From Rhodospirillales bacterium (lineage in GTDB: Bacteria; Pseudomonadota; Alphaproteobacteria; Micavibrionales; UBA1664): a stretch of 64,000 nt of DNA. A model generated the notes under the pieces. The model ran no database searches and had not been told where the DNA came from. It saw nothing but the letters and a program-made list of their open reading frames with translations. The DNA is taken from contig CP060260.1 in NCBI GenBank assembly GCA_023898805.1, positions 715,512-779,511 of the forward strand, read 5' to 3'. Shown piece by piece: positions 36,535 to 47,900 of the stretch (the first letter of the stretch is position 1; every line of letters starts with the position of its first letter). The translations under genes and the position numbers were made by a program.

Positions 36535-37053
36535 TTACATGACTGGCCGGGGGGCGGGCGGCGGATCATAGGCGAAGGGTACACCCCACGCCGCCATGGT
36601 CGCATACATGCGCCGGTCGTTGGCTCCCCACTGGCGCGGCGCGCTGGAAAGATACCCGCCGCCATGCTCGTCGTCGATGGTCATGAACGCGGCCGCGCTG
36701 TTGGTGTCCTGCTTGTGCAGGATGGGCTCGAATTCCGGATCGCGAGTTTCCACGAACGCCTTGAATTGCGTATTGCGCATCATCACCAGCGGCAACACCA
36801 GGGACATGTTTTCCTCCGGCTTGGAGGAATGGAGCAAAACCCTGTATCCGCGTTTTTCAGCTTCGGTCAGGAACTCAAACAACTCCAGATTAAGCCCGCG
36901 GCGGTGGTTGGCGTCGATCAGCGTGCCGTTGATATCGACCAGAATGGTCTGCTCCGCGCCGTTTTCGGGCAGCACATCGCCCATCCCGATATCGGGGAAA
37001 GCCTGTTTTAAAAACTGGTCGGTCAGTTGCGCCATGGCGCCATTAAACCCCAT
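36535..37053 (-). CDS. Hypothetical protein, possibly HAD-like
   Basis: LVDINGTLID resembles HAD motif I with Asn at the second Asp position. Start uncertain (ATG 37053 or 37035; the track GTG 37245 would run into thyA). Confidence 0.45.
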   Translation of the reverse strand: MGFNGAMAQLTDQFLKQAFPDIGMGDVLPENGAEQTILVDINGTLIDANHRRGLNLELFEFLTEAEKRGYRVLLHSSKPEENMSLVLPLVMMRNTQFKAFVETRDPEFEPILHKQDTNSAAAFMTIDDEHGGGYLSSAPRQWGANDRRMYATMAAWGVPFAYDPPPAPRPVM

Positions 37054-37166
37054 CTTTATAATTATGTCAAATATATAGATGGGGATGAGCGCGAAGGTTT
37101 CGTCACGCCACCGCCGGCGGTTGCCTATAATAATGTTCACGCTGAAACAATCCGGAGCCGCCCGCC

Positions 37167-37961
37167 ATGAAACAATATCTCGACCTGATGCGCCACGTGC
37201 TGGAAAACGGCGCGAAGAAAGAGGACCGCACCGGCACCGGCACACTTTCGGTTTTCGGCTATCAGATGCGCTTTGACCTCTCGAAAGGCTTCCCGCTGGT
37301 CACGACCAAGAAACTGCACCTCAAATCCATCATTCACGAATTGCTGTGGTTTTTGGCTGGCGATACGAACATCAAATACCTGAAGGACAACGGCGTGCGC
37401 ATCTGGGACGAATGGGCCGATGAAAACGGCGACCTTGGACCCGTCTACGGCTATCAATGGCGCTCGTGGCCCGCGCCGGACGGAGCGCATATCGACCAGA
37501 TCGCCAATCTGGTGAACATGATCAAAAAAAACCCGGATTCCCGCCGCCTGATTGTTTCCGCCTGGAACCCGGCCCTGATCGAGCAGATGGCCCTGCCGCC
37601 CTGCCACTGCCTGTTCCAGTTCTATGTCGCGGACGGCAAACTCTCCTGCCAGCTATACCAGCGTTCCGCCGATATTTTCCTGGGCGTGCCGTTCAACATC
37701 GCCTCCTACGCCTTGCTGACCATGATGATCGCGCAGGTCTGCGGCCTCAAACCCGGCGATTTCGTGCACACCTTCGGCGACGCGCATTTGTACAGCAACC
37801 ATCTCGAACAGACGAAGGAACAGCTTTCGCGCGATCCCAAACCCCTGCCCGAAATGCACCTGAACCCGCACGTCACCAACCTGTTCGACTTCAAATTCGA
37901 GGATTTTGAACTGGTGGGTTACGAATCGCACCCCCACATCAAGGCGGCGGTCGCGGTCTGA
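37167..37961 (+). CDS. thyA: Thymidylate synthase
   Basis: [22 protein letters not shown], active-site [11 protein letters not shown], 264 aa. Confidence 0.97.
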   Translation: MKQYLDLMRHVLENGAKKEDRTGTGTLSVFGYQMRFDLSKGFPLVTTKKLHLKSIIHELLWFLAGDTNIKYLKDNGVRIWDEWADENGDLGPVYGYQWRSWPAPDGAHIDQIANLVNMIKKNPDSRRLIVSAWNPALIEQMALPPCHCLFQFYVADGKLSCQLYQRSADIFLGVPFNIASYALLTMMIAQVCGLKPGDFVHTFGDAHLYSNHLEQTKEQLSRDPKPLPEMHLNPHVTNLFDFKFEDFELVGYESHPHIKAAVAV

Positions 37962-38455
37962 TGCCGGTGCCCATCGCCCTGATCGCGGCCATGGCCGAAA
38001 ACCGCGTAATCGGCGCGGACAATAAACTGCTTTGGCATATTCCGGCAGATTTCAGGCATTTCAAGGCCACAACCATGGGCAAGCCGGTGATCATGGGCCG
38101 CAAAACCTATGATTCCATCGGCAAACCCCTGCCCGGTCGCACCAATATCGTCATCACCCGCAATGCCGCATGGACGGCGGAAGGTGTAAAAACCGCCACG
38201 ACGCTGGAACAGGCCATCGAAACGGCACAGGCCGAAAACCCGCCCGAAATCATGATCATCGGCGGCGCGCAGGTCTATGCGGCGGCGTTACAGTTTGCAA
38301 CACGGGTTTACTTGACCCTGATACACAGGGTTTATAATGGTGATGCGTTGTTTCCCCTTTTGTCCCCGGACGAATGGACGGAAACCGCGCGCACCAACAA
38401 TGATTCCGACCCCGCCTTCGATTTCATCACCTATCAACGAAAGTCCGCCGTATGA
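37961..38455 (+). CDS. folA: Dihydrofolate reductase
   Basis: LIAAMAENRVIGADNKLLWHIPADFRHFK, GRKTYDSIG, IIGGAQVY. Start overlaps the thyA stop. Confidence 0.93.
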   Translation: MPVPIALIAAMAENRVIGADNKLLWHIPADFRHFKATTMGKPVIMGRKTYDSIGKPLPGRTNIVITRNAAWTAEGVKTATTLEQAIETAQAENPPEIMIIGGAQVYAAALQFATRVYLTLIHRVYNGDALFPLLSPDEWTETARTNNDSDPAFDFITYQRKSAV

Positions 38456-38625
38456 CCACGAACGCCACGCCGAAATTCTATAAACCTGTTTTCGGCAACG
38501 ACAATTTTCTGGGCCCGCGCGACGCCGTCGATATCACAAATTTCGCAAGCCCGGCGATGACCGCCGCCGACCCGGCACTTGGCCAGCCCGTGCAGCAACC
38601 CGCGCGCAAAACCGAAAAGGCCTGA
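38452..38625 (+). CDS. Possible small ORF (57 aa) translationally coupled to folA
   Basis: ATG overlaps the folA stop (ATGA). MTTNATPKFYKPVFGNDNFLGPRDAVDITNFASPAMTAADPALGQPVQQPARKTEKA; ends 20 nt before the terminator. No homology recognised. Confidence 0.3.
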   Translation: MTTNATPKFYKPVFGNDNFLGPRDAVDITNFASPAMTAADPALGQPVQQPARKTEKA

Positions 38626-38644
38626 TCCACAGGAACCGGCACAA

Positions 38645-38673
38645 AAACAAAGGCGCCCATGGGCGCCTTTTTT
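38645..38673. terminator. Bidirectional Rho-independent terminator between folA unit and yciI-like gene
   Basis: aggcgcc-catg-ggcgcct flanked by an A-rich run upstream and T6 downstream. Confidence 0.75.
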
Positions 38674-38688
38674 ATCCTTCGCCGCAAT

Positions 38689-39000
38689 TCAGTTTTTTGC
38701 AAATAAAGACTCGAAACTCGGCCCGATTCTGCACGGGATGATTTCGATGTCCTGCCATACTTTTCCGGTTACATACGGCTCGACACGCAGCCACGCATCC
38801 AAAGTCGCCCGGTCGGGAAAATCGACGATCATGACCGAACCCTTCATTGCCCCATCCTCGTTCAACATAGCTGCGCCAAGCAGTTGTTCGCCGCGTTTGA
38901 TCGCTTCGTTACTCAAGGCAATATGCTGTTCGCGTACGGCCAACCGCCGCTTCAACGCATCTGCGTCCCCACCGTCCCGGGCAATGACAAGAAACTGCAT
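38689..39000 (-). CDS. YciI-family protein
   Basis: MQFLVIARDG...REQHIA...G..L..GA...DG...GS..I.DF.....D.W...PY is the YciI pattern. The ATG overlaps the aminotransferase stop by 1 nt. Confidence 0.8.
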   Translation of the reverse strand: MQFLVIARDGGDADALKRRLAVREQHIALSNEAIKRGEQLLGAAMLNEDGAMKGSVMIVDFPDRATLDAWLRVEPYVTGKVWQDIEIIPCRIGPSFESLFAKN

Positions 39001-40169
39001 CACGCGCTCTTTCTGTTCCATCCACGCATGAAATCATGGATCCGCGCGCAGGCTTTTTCAATGTCCTCGGTCGATCCGGCGAAACTGATGCGCAACGTCT
39101 GGTGCCCGCGCTTAAGATCGAAATCCGTCCCCGGCGTGGCCGCAACCCCCGCCTGATCGAGCAACCCGCGGCAGAACGCCTCGGAATCGTCGGTCAGATC
39201 CGAGATGTCGGCATACAGATAAAACGCCCCCTCGACATGCGACAGGCGCGTGATCCCCGCCTTGGGCAGTTCGCGTTTCAATATCTCCAGATTGCGCTTG
39301 TACCGCGCGACATAGCCGTCAAGCACGTCCAGATGGTCGAAGCATTTAAGCGCGACATGCTGCGCCAAAGTCGGCGGCGCGACGAACAGGCTTTCGCACA
39401 GGCGCTTGACCCGGTCGACCACGTCTTCGGGCAGCACCAGCCACCCGATACGCCACCCGGTCATCGCGAAATATTTGGAAAAGCTGTTGACGCTGATCGC
39501 CTCGTGACTGGTACGCAAAACAGTATCCGCCGGTTCGCCATAGGTAATGCCGTGATAAAGCTCGTCCGCGAACAGGCGTACCCCGTGCGACTGGCACCAA
39601 TGCGTCAGCGCCGCCAGATCCTCGCGTCCGATCATCGTGCCGGTGGGGTTGGACGGGTTGCCGATGATCAAGCCCTGCGGCTTATGCGGCAACGCCTCCA
39701 GCCGGGCGATGGTGGGTTGATAATTTTCCTCCAGCGTCGCGGGAATTTCGAGCGCCTTGCACCCCAGCGCGGTCAGGATGTTGCGATAGGCGGGATAGGC
39801 CGGCGCCGCCATCGCCACATGATCGCCCGCATCCAGCGTGGCGAGGAAAGAAAGCATCAGCCCGCCCGATCCGCCGACGGTGATGACCACGTTTTTGGGA
39901 TCGACCTGCACGCCGTAACGGTCGGCGTAATGCTGGGCGATGCGCAGCTTGAGCGCGGGGATGCCCGTGGCCTCGGTATAGCCGAGATTGCCGGAGCGCA
40001 GAATTTCGGCGGCGGCATCAAGCGCGGCCTGCGGCGCGCCGACCGAGGGTTGCCCCGCCTCCAGATGCACGATGTCCTCGCCCGCCGCCACACGCTCGTT
40101 AACGGCGCGCAGGATATCGAGAACGCGAAAAACAGGAATGTCGGAACGGGAAGACAGCTTGATGGACAT
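39000..40169 (-). CDS. Class I/II PLP-dependent aminotransferase
   Basis: 389 aa; PLP-lysine motif SFSKYFAMTGWRIGW; GNPSNPTG. Confidence 0.9.
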   Translation of the reverse strand: MSIKLSSRSDIPVFRVLDILRAVNERVAAGEDIVHLEAGQPSVGAPQAALDAAAEILRSGNLGYTEATGIPALKLRIAQHYADRYGVQVDPKNVVITVGGSGGLMLSFLATLDAGDHVAMAAPAYPAYRNILTALGCKALEIPATLEENYQPTIARLEALPHKPQGLIIGNPSNPTGTMIGREDLAALTHWCQSHGVRLFADELYHGITYGEPADTVLRTSHEAISVNSFSKYFAMTGWRIGWLVLPEDVVDRVKRLCESLFVAPPTLAQHVALKCFDHLDVLDGYVARYKRNLEILKRELPKAGITRLSHVEGAFYLYADISDLTDDSEAFCRGLLDQAGVAATPGTDFDLKRGHQTLRISFAGSTEDIEKACARIHDFMRGWNRKSA

Positions 40170-40410
40170 GATGAAAACCGTGGCGTTAAGGGTTTGGGAA
40201 AATCGTGACGGCGCGTGGGGCCGGTGACGATTTCAGGAATCGGAAAGAAGGGGAGAGATCAGGCGCGGCGTAGCCTGACGGCTCGCGCGTCAAGAAGGGA
40301 TGCGGCGAAGACGGCCGCGCTGTTTTGAAGGATGTAACCCCTGTACATGCGACAAGCACAGCACATAAAGGCGTTGCCACGCAAGGGGTTTACGGCTTTT
40401 ATCGGCAATC

Positions 40411-41445
40411 ATGAAGATTCTTCATATCATGGCCGGGTCGGCCGCGGGTGGCGCGGAAAACGCCTTCGTCGAACTGGTCGCCGCGCAAAAAGCCGCCGGG
40501 TTCGACGTCCGCGCCGCATGCCGCCCCAATCCGCGCAACGCGCTTTTGCGCGATGCTGGCGTGACGCTGACCGAACTGCCCTTTGGTGGTGTCTTCGATT
40601 TCCGCACCACCCCGGCCCTGCGCGCACTGATCCGCGAAACCCGGCCCGCCGTGCTTGTAAGCTGGATGAACCGCGCCGCGAAAAAACTGCCCAGGAATAC
40701 GGGCACAGCTTGGGTCGCGCGGCTGGGCGGTTATTACGACTTGAAATATTATCGCGGCGTCGACCGTTTCGTGGTCAACGCGCCCGACATCGGCCGCTGG
40801 ATGACCGATCAGGGCATCCCGGCGGAAAAAATCGCCTTTATCCCGAATTTCGCGGAAATTCCGGCGCGGGCCGAACCCGTCCCGCGCGTTGATTTGCAAA
40901 CGCCGGATGACGCCTTTGTCGTCCTGACCCTCGCGCGGCTGCACCCGAACAAGGCGATCGACACATTGCTGCGCGCCTTTGCCGGAACGCCGTCCCGCGC
41001 CGTACTGTGGATCGCGGGCGAGGGGCCGGAGCGCGCAAAGCTGGAAACCCTTTCCCGCGACCTCGGCGTGGCGGAGCGCGTCCGCTTCCTTGGCTGGCGC
41101 GAGGACCGCTGGAACCTGCTGGCCGCCTGCGACGCCTTCGTCTTGCCTTCGCGCCACGAACCTTTCGGCAACGCCTTCATGCAGGCATGGGCTGCCGCGC
41201 GCCCGCTGGTTACCACCGCGACCGCCGGTCCCGCATATTACGCCCGCGACGGTGAAAACGCGCTTGTCGTGCCCATCGACGACGTCCCGGCACTGGCAGC
41301 GGCGCTCACACATCTATATGAAGACCGGAATTTGCGCGAAAAACTGGCCGGCGCAGGCCGCGCGACTTACAACCAAGCCTTTGATAAAGAAAAGATTTTA
41401 AGCCAATGGCAGGGATTGTTTGAAATCCTGGCCCGTCAGGCGTAA
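40411..41445 (+). CDS. Glycosyltransferase family 4 (group 1)
   Basis: MKILHIM..GGAE N-terminal domain and C-terminal LPSRHEPFGNAFMQAW (E-x7-E-type) motif. Confidence 0.85.
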   Translation: MKILHIMAGSAAGGAENAFVELVAAQKAAGFDVRAACRPNPRNALLRDAGVTLTELPFGGVFDFRTTPALRALIRETRPAVLVSWMNRAAKKLPRNTGTAWVARLGGYYDLKYYRGVDRFVVNAPDIGRWMTDQGIPAEKIAFIPNFAEIPARAEPVPRVDLQTPDDAFVVLTLARLHPNKAIDTLLRAFAGTPSRAVLWIAGEGPERAKLETLSRDLGVAERVRFLGWREDRWNLLAACDAFVLPSRHEPFGNAFMQAWAAARPLVTTATAGPAYYARDGENALVVPIDDVPALAAALTHLYEDRNLREKLAGAGRATYNQAFDKEKILSQWQGLFEILARQA

Positions 41446-41472
41446 GAAACTGAAAAAAAGCTTAATAAATTC

Positions 41473-41501
41473 TTGCATTAGCGTTATGAAAATATTAATA
41501 T
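41473..41501 (+). promoter_or_regulatory. Candidate sigma-70 promoter in AT-rich island upstream of the 96-aa/2040-aa gene pair
   Basis: TTGCAT (41473-41478), 17-nt spacer, TAATAT (41496-41501). Confidence 0.4.
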
Positions 41502-41561
41502 CCTGTCGCTAGGATGGGCGCCGTAGCTTGTCCCATTATATGGCCATAAAAGGTTTAACAG

Positions 41562-41852
41562 ATGTTTGATAGCGCGCTTCTTGTCATCGACGAACAGGCA
41601 CGGCCCGTTCTGATCATTCCCCAGGAATTACCCGAAGGAAACACCTTCGTGAACATCGTCGAGGGCGGCATCGACATCGGCGTGGGCAACAAGGTTTATG
41701 GCGCGGTGCGCGAAATGCACGACACATCCCTCGCGCTGCTCGGTCTGCAGGATGAACTCGGCCTCGCCACCTTTCGGGGCGAAACGCCGGACGAACAAAT
41801 GCCCGACGAAATCCAGTATGTCGCGACCGTAACCGATACCCGCACCCAATAA
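41562..41852 (+). CDS. Small acidic hypothetical protein (96 aa)
   Basis: GC3-rich frame, Asp/Glu-rich, no signal peptide. Lies 60 nt upstream of the giant ORF. Confidence 0.45.
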   Translation: MFDSALLVIDEQARPVLIIPQELPEGNTFVNIVEGGIDIGVGNKVYGAVREMHDTSLALLGLQDELGLATFRGETPDEQMPDEIQYVATVTDTRTQ

Positions 41853-41912
41853 CGACAAAAGCGAAATAACTAAGGACACGCCGGACAAACGGCCAAAGGA
41901 ATAGAGGATAAA

Positions 41913-44900
41913 ATGAACGAGCTGACCAACCCCGCGAATTTTGAACTGGCCGCGCTTCTGGGCGATGTCGAACGCCGCAAAGACATGCTCCCCACCGGCC
42001 ACGATCTTCGCACCGCCATGGATGCGCTCGAATCCTGCCTGCGCAAAATGATCGACGCGAACCCGAACACGAACACCGACCAGGACCTCGATCGTGCCAC
42101 CGTTCAGATCAAGTCCGACGCCCGTACCGTTCTGGCCGTGATCGACCATCAATTATCCGGCCTCGATTCAATTGCTGCCGGCACGCTTAAATCGATGGTC
42201 GAAAACGCCTACACGGCGTTCGGCATATCCCAAAGGCAGAACAAGCCCGACGACATAAGCAGGCTTATGGGCATAGTACGCCTGATTGCCGAAGAAAATA
42301 TCAAACCTGCGGCATCTGAAGTATCCGCACCGCAAGGTGAACCTGATCTGCTGGCAGTGCTTAAAGAAGCTCTGTACGCACCCAACCCCACACAACCCGC
42401 CGCGCAACCGGCGGCGAAAGGCGATGCGTTAGCAGAACTGGCTGCCTTGATCGCCGGAAAAACAGCCGAGCCCGAGCCCGCTATCGCCGCCGAACCCGTG
42501 CAACCCGAACTGCAAGCTGAGCCGCAAGCCGAACCCCAACCCGAACCGATCGACAGTTTCGGCGCGGAAGGTGTGCGCCAGTACGTCCTCGACGAACTTC
42601 AATCTTTTGGCGACAACGTCCGCGACGCCTTTGAATTTATCGCAAATCGCCAGCCGGAACTTTATGTCTCCATGGCCCGTGCTTTTGATGCGGTGGGCGA
42701 ACTGGCCGAGCTGGACCCGGAGCTGCACCGGGCGCTCTATGATCGCATCCCGGCCCTCATAATTGACGAGGCCGATTCGAATTCAAACGCATACAGCCCG
42801 CTTCTCGACTCCACCTATCTCGACGGTGTCAAAGGCAAAATCGACGAGGTCGGAAAAACCACATGGCTGAAAAACAACGCTGACGCGTCTATGACACTGA
42901 AGGACCTGCTGGCCTATGGTCAGGCCGTGTACATGCTGAATGCAGAAAGGTCCGCACGCCTGCAGGCCGAACAAACACCCGCCGAGCAAACCCCTGCCGT
43001 TGAACCCGAAGACTTCTCTTACGTGTCCGCATCGTACCAGACCGAAAGACTGGACATTGCGCGTAACGAGCTTTTTGAACGCCTTGATACCATTCAGAGC
43101 GGACTGGTGAACGACCCGCATCATAAAAGAATCGGCCAGCTTGTTGAACTGGGTGTCGACGCCGGCGCTTTCTTTTCGCTTTTGTCACCCAGAGATTTTA
43201 ACGAAGCCCTGTCCCGCCTGAAGGACGCGGCACTGGAAGATCACAGCGACAGCACGCTTGTCGATATCGGGAAAAATCGCGATGTCATGCGCAATGTGAT
43301 CCAGAGTATCGTCCGCAATCCGCTTGAAGCCATTAACGCCGCTGACGAAAAAGTACTTGAGCAGAAGGGGAAAGATAAAAAAGAAGCAGACGCGCTCCTG
43401 AACAAGCATCTTGATCTGACCGGTTTTGCATCAGTATTCCAAAACGCCGTCACCGCCTTCAGCGAGTTTCTGAAGGTCCAGGCGGAAAACAACGCGGCAT
43501 TGAACAAGGCACGAGAATCGCTTTTGGCACCGCTTGAAAAGGCCGTTGCCGGCACCGCGAAAAAACAGGGCACACCCCTCGACCGCGACTCATCGAACAT
43601 GGCCGCCTCCGAAATATTGTCGCGCACCGCGCTCGAACCCGGGGCCGCAGAAATCCTGACCAGCATCCAGACCGGGCTGAATTACAGCGTGTTACGCCCG
43701 TGGGAATGGGGCGCGCCGCGCATGGCGCACGCTGCCCTTCAGTCCCTGATTTCGACCCACATTGAAATGCAAGTAAAGTGGAATAGAAACAAGGCAAGGG
43801 TGAATGCAAGGGTAGATGAACGCAAGGATTCATCAGGCACAAGCGATGCGGGATACACGCTTACCGACAAACTCGACCTGGCTGCCTCTTTGGGTCTGAT
43901 CAGAGAAGAATACGCTGGTCCGGAACAGGAAGCCTTGGATCAATTGACGAAACTTGGCGCCGAAACCCTGAAATCGCGCCCACGTATTTTGGATGCCGCC
44001 CCGGCGGCTTCGGTCGCGGAAACCGCCGCGCCCGCCGCGCCTGTTTTGGCCGAAGCAAGCGAAGCCAAAACGGATATCCCGACGGATTTCGCGGAAAAAC
44101 CGGCTGCCGAAAACCAACTGCGTCGCCTGAAAGCCAAGGTCAACGCCACGCTGGAAAGCGCTGCCGCCTTGATCAAACAAAACCCGGATACGTTGATCAC
44201 CGCTGCCGAAAACCTGCTAAACGCGGCAGCTTATGCCTCATTGTCCCGGGCGATCGACCGTGTGAATGCAATCGGCGATGACGCGAGGCAAGCCGGTGAA
44301 AACAACGACTGGACCAAAGGGTATGTCCGCATGGATATACTCTCTGCGCTGGCGCGCGACATTTTAGCGGATGGGCGCAGAACTATGACGCCCAAAGAAA
44401 ACGATGGCGTTATTAAAAAAATCGTCGAAAACGGCGACCGCGCATGGCTGGAAGCCAACGCCCAGAGCATGACCCTGCACGACATGCTGACCTTCGGCAA
44501 CACGACGGACGATACCGGCATGGCTGCTTTCCTTGAACAGGGCGTGGCCCGCCTGGTGGATGAGGAGCATTTCAATCCGAAAGCCGCGCAGGATGCCACC
44601 GACCTCCCGTCCTTCCTCAACCGCGCCGACAAACCGCGTGACCTGCGACTGGCGGGTGCCAATCTGGTCAACAGCATGATCAAGTTTGCAAAGACCACCG
44701 CCCAGCAATCCGAAGACGATCTGCGCGCGGGCGGCATGACATCGCAAGCCGCGATCGAAACCCTGCTCGACAAACAAGGTCTGCGCGATTTCATCCATGA
44801 CATCGGCATCAGCCTTTCGGAAGATACCACCGCGCTGGATCCGTATGAAACCGCCGTCCTGCGCCGCGAATTAAGCGACGCAATCGGCCAGAAATTCGCG

Positions 44901-47900
44901 CCGGTCTATTACGACCGCGAACAGGCATACAGCAAGGCCGAAGCGGAACTGGATGCGGCGCGGAAGACCGGCGCGGACGCAACAGATCAAAAACGGTCGA
45001 TAGACCGCATCGCCGAACTGGGCGGGCAATCCAATGCCCTGCGCAAGATTTTCCGCGATCTTGAAACCGTCATGCTCGCGCACGCGCAAAATAACGTGGC
45101 ATTGACGACCAAACGCAGCCAGATTTTCACTGCGCTGGAAACCCGTTTCAGCAACGTATCGATCAAGGCGGGCATGCCCGCCGGCACCGGGCCGAACGTC
45201 GCCCGCGACCTTCTGAACGAAACATTCAAAAGGGCCGACGCCTATGAAATCATGACCGGCATCGAAGCCGAGCTTGCCGGCGGCATCTTCAGCAGCCGCA
45301 GATCACTGCGCGCAATGATCAAAAACTCGCTTGAGATCCAGAAACTGGAGGATAAGGCAAACGCACCGGAGAACAGCAGCGTAAAACGCGCTGAACTGAA
45401 CGGGGCGGCCGACGCGCTGTTTACCGAAAAACTTCTGCCCGTTCTCGACCGTTTGGCCGAAAAGGGCGGTAAAATCATGCAAGCGCAGCTTAAAAAGGCG
45501 CATTCGCAACGCGCATCCAAAGCCAGCGCGGCGAAGGCCGACACGGCCCCGGAACGTATCGCCACGGCACCAACGCCTGTTGACGCTCCTGTGGCAGCTC
45601 CAGCCGGGCCTGTACCAGCCTTCCTGTTGCGTCAAGGTACGCAGGCACCGACGCCGGGACCGCGCCGCAGGCCCAAGGCCCCGCGCCGCGCCGCACGTGC
45701 AATCGGGCGCGAAATGCTTGCGGCTATTTCGGAAGCCGAACAACGGGAAAAACTCTCTGCCCGCGAACGTGGCTATGCCCACAAACCTGCGGCCAAGCAG
45801 CCCGGGAAAGAGCCGACAACCCGGCCTTCGGTTGAACAACAGGCGCACGAAAGCCGGGCGCGCTGGGCTGACTATGCCGAAAAACTTGCAAACAAGACCA
45901 TACTCATACAAACCAACGCGGCGTTGAAGGAAGCCGCACGCAAAGAAAAAATCGCGCAAAAACGCGAAGCATGGAAAATGGCCCGCGCCCAAAAAGTCAT
46001 CGAATCCGGAATCGATGCGGTCAACAAACAAAATGCCAAGGAAGCAAAACGCGAAAAAAGCGCCGCGCTGCGCGCGCAACGCAAGGCCGCATGGTCCGCG
46101 CGTTTCAATGGCTGGAAAGAATGGCTTGGACAAACCGCCAGCGCACTGACGATGGCGCAGGCGGCACAACCGGCCCTCGCCGGCGGATCGCCGGAATTTC
46201 TGCCCGCCTATGACGCGCCCTATCAGGCGCCGGTCAAAGGCCAGAGATTCAACGCCGTTGGTATCGAAGGCCTGGGTAAAGGCGCAACACAACTCGCCGC
46301 AAGCACCGCGCGCGGTGTGGCATTGATCGCCAAAACCGGCACGCGATGGAGCCTTGCCGCCACGAAAGCTGCCTATGACCGCTGGCCCAGCATTATTCTG
46401 GGTATCGGCTTCGGCATTTATGCCGCAGCCCCGATCAAGGCCGCCGCCGCCGCAATGTTCGCCGGCACCGCCATACCGGTTGTCACGCCCGTCCTAACCA
46501 CCGCCGCGCCGATTATCGCGGCGGGTGCGCTGGCCGCGCTGACGACCGCGCAGATTCAGCGTCGCTATACCAACCTGCGCGCTGAATGGACGCAAAATCA
46601 GGAAGCCGCTCCGTCATGGCTGAAGGAACAGGGCCTGAAGATCGGCGCGACTGGTCTTGCGATTGGCGAAACCATCTTGAATACGGGCTTGCATGCTGCA
46701 GGACGTATCCTTTGGAACGGCGTTGCCGAAGCTGGCGACATGTTGCGCCTGAGCGGACGCAATAAATCCGAGCGCATTCACGCACGGCAACATCGAGACA
46801 ACCGTCTGCGCGAAGCGATTTTTGACGACAATTTCGTGCAGGCCGGGATCATGCTGGCCAAGGCCGCGCCGCTTCTGGCGCATGGCTACCGTGCACAGCG
46901 CGCAGCCCGCGCACAGGCCGCCGAAAAAGGCCTGAATCTGCGTATGTCCGAACGTCTGGGCACGATGGTCGCGGCCATGAAGGCGCGCGACGCTGTCAGC
47001 ACCGAACTGATGTTTGGAACAATGGCGGCCATGTTTGGTGCAGCCGTCGGCATGGCGGGAAGCTCCGCGTATCACCATTATCTCGATACACAAACACCGA
47101 CTGCCGCCCCTGTCAGGGCGCCAGACACCACCCTGCGCACACCGACGACGATAATACCCGCCGATCAGACGCCGCAGGGTCAAATTCCGGGCAGCGCGGC
47201 ACCGGTCGATGCCGCCGCGCATAACAACAACCCCGCCGGCGGATTGGATCAGGTATTGCCGTCCACAGGTGCGGCCGCGATCATGGGCCAACACCAACCG
47301 CTCTTTATCGATGGCCACTCGTATATCGCCCAGATGCAGCACGGCGACACCCTTGTCTGGAACGACGGCGGCGGCGACAGGTTGCGCGACGTGACCTTCA
47401 AACAGCCGCACGCCCCGACAAAAAGTCATGTGGCACATAACGGCGGCGGCAGGGCGCATGGCGCGGCGCACGCACACGGCAAACCCGCCGCGCACAGCAC
47501 CGCGCACGGGGCAAGACATGCCCATGCCGGCACGCGCGCGCATACGGGCACGCATGCCGCCCCGGCACGTCCCGTCGGTGCGCCAATGGATCTGGGCCCG
47601 TACAGTCAGCACACAGCATCCGGCAATCCGCTGGAACGCGCGGTGAAAGGCGTCGGCAACGGTATCGGCGATGCTTTCAAGGCTGCCGATGGTTTCTTCT
47701 CGGACAAGATCGGCAATCCGCTGCGCAAACTGTTCGATGGCGCCGCCCATATCGGCCACCATGCAGACACGGTGGTGACACCGTCTGCGCACACGCCGCT
47801 GGGCAAGTTCAACGCAGCCTTTGGCGAACGCATCGTTCACGCCGGCGGCTGGAACCGCGCCTCGCTCAACGCGATGCTCGATCAGGCGGGTAAAGGTAAT

